Positions 57,477-64,000 of a stretch of 64,000 bases of DNA are shown here, piece by piece. The notes beneath the pieces were generated by a model. That model was not told where the DNA came from, searched no databases, and saw only the letters and a list, made by a program, of their open reading frames with translations. Each line of letters opens with the position of its first letter. Within the stretch, counting starts at the first letter, position 1. The translations under genes were made by a program, and so were the position numbers. The stretch comes from an uncultured delta proteobacterium. Its GTDB lineage: Bacteria; Desulfobacterota; Binatia; JACPRU01. The stretch spans positions 128,001 through 192,000 of the forward strand of contig CAVUWD010000011.1 in assembly GCA_963745025.1 (NCBI GenBank), written 5' to 3'.

Positions 57477-58097
57477 GTGGACGGGAACGATTCCAACAAT
57501 CGAGAGACCACGCGCCCGATCTCCGTCCCTCTCGCGGCGGCCGTGCTGATGGCCGCCATGCTAGTCCGTTCGGGGGCTCGCACACGGGTCGACGTGCAGG
57601 CAAACCCCTCGCGCCTCCAATGGTCGCTCTTTCGTCGCGTTGACTCCATGTCGGGCTCTTCGGAGGACGCTCGGATCGCCGCCGAGATGTCGTTTCCCCG
57701 GCCCTTGAAGATGGAGAACGTGGGCGGCGAATATCGCCTGCCCTCGTTCACCATCACCGTCGCGCCCGAGCCGGCGCGGACGATGGTGCGGCGCTCGGTC
57801 GCCCTCTCGGAGTACCTGCTCCGCCACGAGCAGGGCCACTATGACATCGTCGTCCTCGCCGCGCGGGCGCTGGCGCGCGAGCTCGACGTGATGACTGCGG
57901 CCTCCGGGCAAGAATTGTCGCAGCGGGTGCAGGACTGCGTCGACAAGCATACGGACCGCGCGAAGGCGTTGAGCGAAGCCTACGATCGAGAGACCGACCG
58001 GAGCCGCGATCCGATGGCCCAGGTGCGCTGGACCGAACGGATCGCCGCCGCCTTGAGCGATCCGCAGACCTCGAATATCGCCGGCCTGCCGCTTTGA
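57477..58097 (+). CDS. DUF922-like putative zinc metallopeptidase (start uncertain)
   Basis: LQWSLF and LLRHEQGHYDI...YDRETDRS...QVRW pattern with HExxH. Confidence 0.65.
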   Translation: MDGNDSNNRETTRPISVPLAAAVLMAAMLVRSGARTRVDVQANPSRLQWSLFRRVDSMSGSSEDARIAAEMSFPRPLKMENVGGEYRLPSFTITVAPEPARTMVRRSVALSEYLLRHEQGHYDIVVLAARALARELDVMTAASGQELSQRVQDCVDKHTDRAKALSEAYDRETDRSRDPMAQVRWTERIAAALSDPQTSNIAGLPL

Positions 58098-58111
58098 GCG
58101 ACCTGATGAAG

Positions 58112-58142
58112 AGAGGGGCAGGCGCGTGATGCCTGCCCCTCT
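58112..58142. terminator. Hairpin between convergent genes, probable bidirectional terminator
   Basis: AGAGGGGCAGGC-N7-GCCTGCCCCTCT, 12-bp perfect stem. Confidence 0.6.
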
Positions 58143-58173
58143 TCGCTTTCTCGCCGCGCTTCGGATTATCGTT

Positions 58174-60381
58174 CTACTTCTTCCAGCTCTGCTCCGGAGC
58201 CGTCGCGGCCGGCTCGCCGTGGTGCTCCCAGAGTTGCCTCGCAGTCGGCAGGGCGGCGATCCCCGCGCCACTTCCCTCGACGATTCTCGGCGTCAGGAAG
58301 ATCAGCAGCTCCTCGCGAAGGTTCGCGCGCAGCATCCGCTTGAAGAGCCAGCTGAGGCCCGGGATGCTCCGGAACCAGGGAATCCCGTTCTCCTGATCGA
58401 GGCTGTTGTCGCGGAACACGCCACCCATGACCAGCGTCTCGCCGCCCTTGATCAGCACCGTCGTGCTCGCTTCGCGGTCGAGCGTGCTGGGGATGTTGTC
58501 GGGCGGAGTGACTTCTCCCGGCGTGCTCGAGACCACCTTGAGCTGCATGAGCACGAACCCGTCTATGGAGACTTGCGGCACGGCCTGCAGGATGATTCCA
58601 GTCGTGATGTCCTGGAACGCGACCGCCTGTGCGCCGCCGCCGCTGCCGATGATGGTCCCGGCGCTCGGCAGACGCACGCGCTGGATGAGCACGCTGGCGA
58701 TGCAGGCGGGTTGATTGTTGGCGGTGGTCACTTTCGGCCGCGAGATCACCTTGGCCTTACCTTCCTTTTCCAGAGCGGTGATCCGCGCGTCGAGCTGCTT
58801 GGAGCCGTCGATCGATCCGAGGGCGAGGTCGAATGCGCTGCCGCTCCCCGCCCCGACCGTGCTCGCGGGGAAATCGGCGATGAAGGGAACGGCAAGCTGG
58901 GGCAGCTGTACACCTGGGATATTGGATACCCCGCTTGTAGGAGCCGTGCCTAAACCAAGTCCGTTTGGCCCGACGCTATTGCCTCCTAGCTGAACCATCC
59001 CGGGAAAATTATGGCCCGGTGCATTGCCGAACTGCGGCGCATAGGCGGCGTTGTAGCCCCACTGGATGCCGAGGTCGCGAGCGAACGTGTCCGTCGCCTC
59101 GACGATGTTGGATTCGATCAATACCTGGGGCGTGGGCACGTCGAGCTTGGCGAGCAGGTCCCGAGCGGCGTCGATGCCGCGCTGGATGTCGCGGACGATG
59201 ACCGTGTTGCTGCGGGCATCCACTCGAACCTTGCCGCGGTCGGACAGCACGTCCTTGATCTCGTCGACGAGCTTGTCACCCTGGTCGGACTGGCCTTGCG
59301 AAGCGGTGTTCGCACACACCTGCTGCGTCGAGCCGAGCGTCGCGCTGCCTTGCAGATTCGGCAGCAACTCCCTTCCGGTCACCTTCAGGTAGTTGACGCG
59401 GATATACGCGGTCCTCAGCGGCTCGAGCTCCTTGGCGGCCTGCTCGGCGGCGAGCTGCGCCTCGCGCTCTTCCTTGAGCCTCGTGACCGTCGACACCCGG
59501 CGGACGTTTCCGATCTTGATGCTGTCGAGGCGGTTGGCCTGCAGCACGATGTCGAGAGCCTGATCCCAGGGAACGTCGACTAGCCGGACGGTGATGCGGC
59601 CTTTCACGTCGTCGGTGGCGACGATGTTCTCACCCCCGACTTCGGAAAGGATGCGGAGCACGTTCAGGATGTCGGCATCTTTGAAGTCGAGGGAGATCTT
59701 CTGCCCGGTATAAACCCTACCGGCCGCGGGTCTCCCGGACTCCGTCACGTGCTCCGGCGTAGGCGGCTCGATCTCCGCCATCTCCACCCTCGGCCCAGCC
59801 GTCGATCCCGCGGCGGCCATCGCCGGGGCCTCACCCCCTTCGGCGTAGAGAACCTGCGACCTCGCCGGGGCGGGCTTCCCGCTGCGCTCGCCGAGGAACG
59901 CGACCACCATGGTCTTCAGATCGTTCACGGTGTACTTCGGCGTAGCTCCCTTGAGATCGACGGTGATGCGCAACCGGCCGTCTTGCTGGCCGACCCGCAC
60001 GCGCGACACGCGCGGATCGTCGATGGCGGTTCGCTCGATTGCCTTGAGATCCCTCGAGACCGGCCCGTGGGCGTCTATGACCAGCCGGCTCGGATTCTGC
60101 AGCGTGGAGCTCTCGACCTTGTCTGGAATTCGGGAGAGCTTGACGAAGATACCTGTCTGCCCTTCGTCGTCGACCAGCTTGATCCCCTTCACGCGCAGCG
60201 TCGCGTCTTGCGCCTCCTCCACTGGAGCAGGAGCCGCCGCTGGCGGCGCGACCTCGGCCCTGTCCTGCGCGGCAGCGGCCGGTTCAGGGACAGGAGGCTT
60301 TGCTTTCTGCGCGCATCCCGCCGCCAGGAACACTAGACCGAGCGCCAACCCATAACCGCCCCAAGGTCTCCGTCCGCTCAT
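58174..60381 (-). CDS. pilQ: Type IVa pilus secretin PilQ
   Basis: Lipobox AAGC, AMIN-like domain, YTGQKISLDFKDADI, VPWDQALD, PQVLIES, ELLIFLTPRI. Confidence 0.95.
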   Translation of the reverse strand: MSGRRPWGGYGLALGLVFLAAGCAQKAKPPVPEPAAAAQDRAEVAPPAAAPAPVEEAQDATLRVKGIKLVDDEGQTGIFVKLSRIPDKVESSTLQNPSRLVIDAHGPVSRDLKAIERTAIDDPRVSRVRVGQQDGRLRITVDLKGATPKYTVNDLKTMVVAFLGERSGKPAPARSQVLYAEGGEAPAMAAAGSTAGPRVEMAEIEPPTPEHVTESGRPAAGRVYTGQKISLDFKDADILNVLRILSEVGGENIVATDDVKGRITVRLVDVPWDQALDIVLQANRLDSIKIGNVRRVSTVTRLKEEREAQLAAEQAAKELEPLRTAYIRVNYLKVTGRELLPNLQGSATLGSTQQVCANTASQGQSDQGDKLVDEIKDVLSDRGKVRVDARSNTVIVRDIQRGIDAARDLLAKLDVPTPQVLIESNIVEATDTFARDLGIQWGYNAAYAPQFGNAPGHNFPGMVQLGGNSVGPNGLGLGTAPTSGVSNIPGVQLPQLAVPFIADFPASTVGAGSGSAFDLALGSIDGSKQLDARITALEKEGKAKVISRPKVTTANNQPACIASVLIQRVRLPSAGTIIGSGGGAQAVAFQDITTGIILQAVPQVSIDGFVLMQLKVVSSTPGEVTPPDNIPSTLDREASTTVLIKGGETLVMGGVFRDNSLDQENGIPWFRSIPGLSWLFKRMLRANLREELLIFLTPRIVEGSGAGIAALPTARQLWEHHGEPAATAPEQSWKK

Positions 60382-60857
60382 GGCCGCTTCTCCCCTTCTG
60401 GTTTGAGCCTGAGTACGATCTCGCTTTTCTTCTTTTCTCCGTAAAAATCAACAAATTCCTCTTCGACGATGACCCGGTCCGGTTCGATCGTCTTCACGAC
60501 TCCACCTTGATTACCGATCTTCACACCCAGGGCGATCGTGTAGCCGAGGCCCGTATCGTCCTCGACCATCGCCTTCGGATTTTGCGTATCGAAGATCACT
60601 GCCACGAGCTTCAGAGCACCGACGTCGTATTGCTCGAGCGGCGTACGGGGCGTCTCGACGGGCTTCGGCCGGAGCGCGAGGTTGAAGGGCCGAAAGGGAT
60701 CCCGCAGGCCGGGCGTCGGGACCAGCGAGGGCGCGGCGCCAACGGTCGGCCGTGACGCGGGCGGCGCGCTCGGCGCGTCGGCGGCCGCGAGCGGTTCGGC
60801 CCAGAACGCGCCGACGAGCGTGATCGACAGAATGACGAGGGCCTCCGTCCGCCTCAT
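60378..60857 (-). CDS. pilP: Type IVa pilus protein PilP
   Basis: RDPFRP, TPLEQY, KAMVED, KIGNQGG. Confidence 0.9.
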   Translation of the reverse strand: MRRTEALVILSITLVGAFWAEPLAAADAPSAPPASRPTVGAAPSLVPTPGLRDPFRPFNLALRPKPVETPRTPLEQYDVGALKLVAVIFDTQNPKAMVEDDTGLGYTIALGVKIGNQGGVVKTIEPDRVIVEEEFVDFYGEKKKSEIVLRLKPEGEKRP

Positions 60858-61471
60858 TGCTTTTCCTTCCTCGCACGCTCGGCGGCGATGCGGGCTCGTT
60901 CATCCTCCGAGAGGAAGCGGAACGTCACCGCATTGCAGCTCGTACCGAGGATCACGCGGCCCTCGCTCACGACGGGCGCCTTCATGCCGATGTCCTTCAC
61001 GTTGACGATTCGGTTCAGCTTACCGACCTTGTCGAAGAATTCCGTAAGCTGCGCATACGTCCCTTTCATCAACACCTCGACAGGGACTTCGGCGTAGAAG
61101 TCCTGGAGCACTTCCGGTCGCTGCCGAAAGACTAGGATCTCGAGCCCGGATTCGCGCCCGAGGGATGAGACCGTCGAGAGCAAGTCCGGAATCTCCTTCT
61201 GATCGGGCAGCTGGGCGATCGCTTCCTTCAGCTTCGCGTCGAGATCCTTCACCTCTTTGCGGAGCGCCTCGAGCTGCGCCACCATCCGGGTCTTCTTCGC
61301 GTGCTGGGACTCGAGCTCCTCGAGACGCCCGCTCCGTTCCTGCAGCCTCATCGCCACCGGGGAATAGAAGAAGTTCCAGTAAAGGAGCCCGAGCAGCAGA
61401 GCCCCCAAGATGTACGCCCCCAGACGCGTCAGGGGGGTCAAGCCGAAAAAGCGTTCGACAAGGTCGTTCAT
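60854..61471 (-). CDS. pilO: Type IVa pilus protein PilO
   Basis: QLPDQKEIPDLL, FYAEVPV, LNRIVN, TFRF. Confidence 0.92.
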   Translation of the reverse strand: MNDLVERFFGLTPLTRLGAYILGALLLGLLYWNFFYSPVAMRLQERSGRLEELESQHAKKTRMVAQLEALRKEVKDLDAKLKEAIAQLPDQKEIPDLLSTVSSLGRESGLEILVFRQRPEVLQDFYAEVPVEVLMKGTYAQLTEFFDKVGKLNRIVNVKDIGMKAPVVSEGRVILGTSCNAVTFRFLSEDERARIAAERARKEKQ

Positions 61472-62061
61472 GCCCGCGGCTTCTCCTCCGGCGCCTCGGC
61501 CCTCTTCTCGCTAACCGCAGCAGCATAGTTGATCTGCGCCTTGACGATGAATTTCCGCAGCTTGATGTCCCCGACTTGGTCTTGGGTGGTCTCGACCAAG
61601 TCCACGTTGGTGAAGTAGGGAGACCCCGAGAGATTGCGAAGAAACTCGGCGACGATTTGGTTGTCGACCGCCTGGCCGGTGATCGTCGCGCCGCCACCCA
61701 CCTCGCTGAAGTCCGTGAGCCACACACGGTCGGGCGTCGCCTTGGCGAGATCGTTCATCACGCCGACCGGCCCGACCCGCTTGCGACCGAGGTCGGAGAT
61801 CACCTTCAGCTTGGAGTCCAGGGCCTTCCTCTTCGCATCGAGATCGTTGACGTCCCGAACCTGCGAATCGAGCGCCTTGAGCGCTTCCTCGATCTGCCCG
61901 ATGCGGCTCTCGGTGACCGCAATCTGGCGGCCCAGCTGCACTCGTATGGCGACGCCCAAAACCACCAGCAACGCGAGCGCGAGGCCCGCGCGGGTAATCT
62001 CTTGGCGCTGCCGTTCCGCCTGCGCCGCCTGTTTTACGGGAAGAAGATTGATTCGGATCAT
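61468..62061 (-). CDS. pilN: Type IVa pilus protein PilN
   Basis: MIRINLLP, PDRVWL, SPYF. Confidence 0.93.
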   Translation of the reverse strand: MIRINLLPVKQAAQAERQRQEITRAGLALALLVVLGVAIRVQLGRQIAVTESRIGQIEEALKALDSQVRDVNDLDAKRKALDSKLKVISDLGRKRVGPVGVMNDLAKATPDRVWLTDFSEVGGGATITGQAVDNQIVAEFLRNLSGSPYFTNVDLVETTQDQVGDIKLRKFIVKAQINYAAAVSEKRAEAPEEKPRA

Positions 62062-63149
62062 TTGTCCCCCGGCCGCCGTACCCCGAGACCTACCGCGATC
62101 GCGAATGAAGCGGCATCCCTCTCGAGCGCGGCGCGATCGACGCCGTGCGCGAGGCGGACGTTGGCGAGCGGATTCGCGATGTGAACGGGCACCTCCAGCC
62201 GCTCGGCGAGCAGGCTCACCAACCCCGGGACCCGAGAGGTCCCGCCGGTGAGCAGGATCGAGCTGATTTGCTCGTCGGTCGCGGCCGTCCAGAAGAAGCT
62301 GAGCGCGCGATGGATCTCCTCGGCGAGGAACTCCTTGACGGGCTGCAGCACCGGCTCGATCTGATCGACTGGATGGGAAGGATTGGTACCGCGCTTGATC
62401 GTTTCCGCTTCCGCGGGGCTAACCCCGAGGTTACGCACCAGCGCGTCGTTGAACTCCTTGCCGCCGACGGGTACGTCGCCCGTGAACGTCGAACGCCCGC
62501 CGCGCAGGATGTTCATGCAAGAGTAGCGAGCGCCGATGTTGACCAGCGCCACGACTTGATTCTCGCTCGGCGGGTAGTTGAGCTCGTACATGTTCTCGAG
62601 AGCGAAGTAGTCGACGTCGACGACCGCGGGCTCGAGACCGGCGATCTGCAGCGTGTTCGTGTAGCTGTTGATGATGTCACGCTTGACGGCGACCAGCAGC
62701 ACCTCGAATTGGCGCTCCTTCTCGAGCACGTCGGTCACCATGTAGTCGAGGTTGACGTTCTCGAGGCTCTCCGGGATGAAGTTTCCGGCCTCGAACAGCA
62801 CCGCGTTTTCCAGCTCGTTCGGCGCTTGGGTCGGCAGCTGAAGCTTCTTGATGATGACCGCCGGCCCGGGCACCGCGGTGATCGCCTCCTTCGCAGAGAT
62901 TCCCGTACTGCGGAGTAGCCCGCGGATCACGCCGGCGACCCCGTCGGGCTCCACGATCATGTTGTTCTGAATGGCGGAAGCCGCCAGCGGGGCCGACCCG
63001 AAGCGGCGGATCGTCAGCTCGGTCGACGTGCCCTCGACCTCGAGAAGTTTGATCGAACTCGAGCCGATGTCGAGGCTAACGTAGCGGCCGTCGCTGCGGA
63101 AGAGCTTGCCGAGGCTCCCGGTGAAGACCTTCGAAAGCGAGAATGCCAA
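62058..63149 (-). CDS. pilM: Type IVa pilus protein PilM (start uncertain)
   Basis: LDIGSSSIK, VLLVAVKR, VVDVDYFAL, NIGA, LTGG, AIAVGLG. Confidence 0.93.
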   Translation of the reverse strand: MAFSLSKVFTGSLGKLFRSDGRYVSLDIGSSSIKLLEVEGTSTELTIRRFGSAPLAASAIQNNMIVEPDGVAGVIRGLLRSTGISAKEAITAVPGPAVIIKKLQLPTQAPNELENAVLFEAGNFIPESLENVNLDYMVTDVLEKERQFEVLLVAVKRDIINSYTNTLQIAGLEPAVVDVDYFALENMYELNYPPSENQVVALVNIGARYSCMNILRGGRSTFTGDVPVGGKEFNDALVRNLGVSPAEAETIKRGTNPSHPVDQIEPVLQPVKEFLAEEIHRALSFFWTAATDEQISSILLTGGTSRVPGLVSLLAERLEVPVHIANPLANVRLAHGVDRAALERDAASFAIAVGLGVRRPGDK

Positions 63150-63767
63150 GATGTTCTGCTCCCCACCAATCCCGCCCCGACGCAATTCCGCGCCCAGGGG
63201 AGAAGTAACCTTGAGAGTCTACATGACTCCTTGTCACGGGTGATTAGCACATGCGCGAAAGCCGCCGCAAACGAAAGCCCGGGGACGGAGTGCTTTTTCG
63301 ATTCACAATTTGACTTCGCGTTGGCCGTTCGCCTAGGACTCGCTTCCAGACAGATGGCCCCATCACGCCGCTCGTTTTGGATCGCCGCGATCGCGCTCGA
63401 GTGGGTGCAGCATGGGCGGAGGTGTTCAACGTGATGCCCTCGTGCTGCATGCGGGGTGACGCTCCGGACGGTGCGGAGTGCCGACACGTCTGGCGTTTTC
63501 TCGCTGTCGGAGACGGCCCGAGAAGGACTGCTATCCGCAACGTCTCGACGGCGCGAAGCTCTGGGCGCTCGACCAGCACATCCCATCGCTCCCCGAATTC
63601 GCCGCGCTCGACCACCGTGAGCTCGGCTTCGGCGAGGCGGTGATGCGCAACAAGCGCGTTCGATTCGCTCTGCACCTCGGCACGGCAGACCGCCCGGCCC
63701 ATCTCGAATGCTCCGAGGATCTCGATGCCGCCTGGGAGCATGGGGCACAGGAACTGAGGTAGCCTTC

Positions 63768-64000
63768 GTGAAAACGTTGACTTCACCGCGCTCGATCCTC
63801 GCGAGGCTCGAGCGCTCGGCCCTGTGGCCTTGGCTTCAAGCGCTCGTCGACTTCGATGCGCACCGTGGCATCGTTCGCGCCGCGTCTCTTTCGTATACGT
63901 CGCTGCTGGCCCTCGTGCCGCTCATCGCCCTCGTCCTGTCGATCTCCAAAGGCATCCTCCGCAATCAGGATCCTCAGCTGCTGCTGAACGCGATCGACCA
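63768..64000 (+). CDS. YihY/BrkB family membrane protein, partial
   Basis: GTG after GAGG; ...RAASLSYTSLLALVPLIALVLSI signature; runs off the window. Confidence 0.8.
   Translation, partial: MKTLTSPRSILARLERSALWPWLQALVDFDAHRGIVRAASLSYTSLLALVPLIALVLSISKGILRNQDPQLLLNAID

Noticed and set aside
63190-63765. Short ORFs between pilM and the YihY gene (63244-63786 minus, 63377-63643 and 63478-63762 plus)
   Set aside because: No recognisable domain or convincing start; could not choose among frames.

Overview
GC-rich bacterial chromosomal window. Gene content suggests a deltaproteobacterial-grade organism (Myxococcota/Binatota-like), which is an inference only. Left to right: (1) a 16-kb minus-strand Tad/Flp pilus operon with three FHA-fused CpaF/TadA ATPases, two further FHA proteins, TadB/TadC, CpaB and several pilins/pseudopilins including a Flp-TadE fusion, with no secretin or prepilin peptidase, reminiscent of the Myxococcus Kil predation machine; (2) DUF192, a membrane/spermidine-synthase-like fusion, a frameshifted GT-C-like membrane gene and an orphan Flp; (3) an aroQ-accB-accC arrangement split by an AbrB/PIN toxin-antitoxin pair and a 10.4-kb mevalonate + hopanoid operon (mvaD, mvaK2, fni, mvaA, mvaK1, shc, hpnC, frameshifted hpnD, hpnE); (4) a 17-kb divergent envelope/signalling island with two Hanks kinases with PEGA domains, PP2C, FHA, a MacAB-TolC-like exporter, a trypsin-TPR protease, three CsgG/TolB_N-like TPR proteins and cysteine-knot-like secreted proteins; (5) pilMNOPQ-aroC-aroK-aroB interrupted by an L,D-transpeptidase and a DUF922-like gene, then a partial YihY gene. 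The most unusual non-coding signal is a family of five intergenic double-hairpin elements. Four are exactly 65 bp, with a conserved CCG-AGTA-CGG apex and 22-bp stems that differ in sequence but stay base-paired, and they occur as inverted pairs. No rRNA, tRNA, CRISPR array or transposase was recognised. All family assignments are from motif recognition by eye; no database searches were run.
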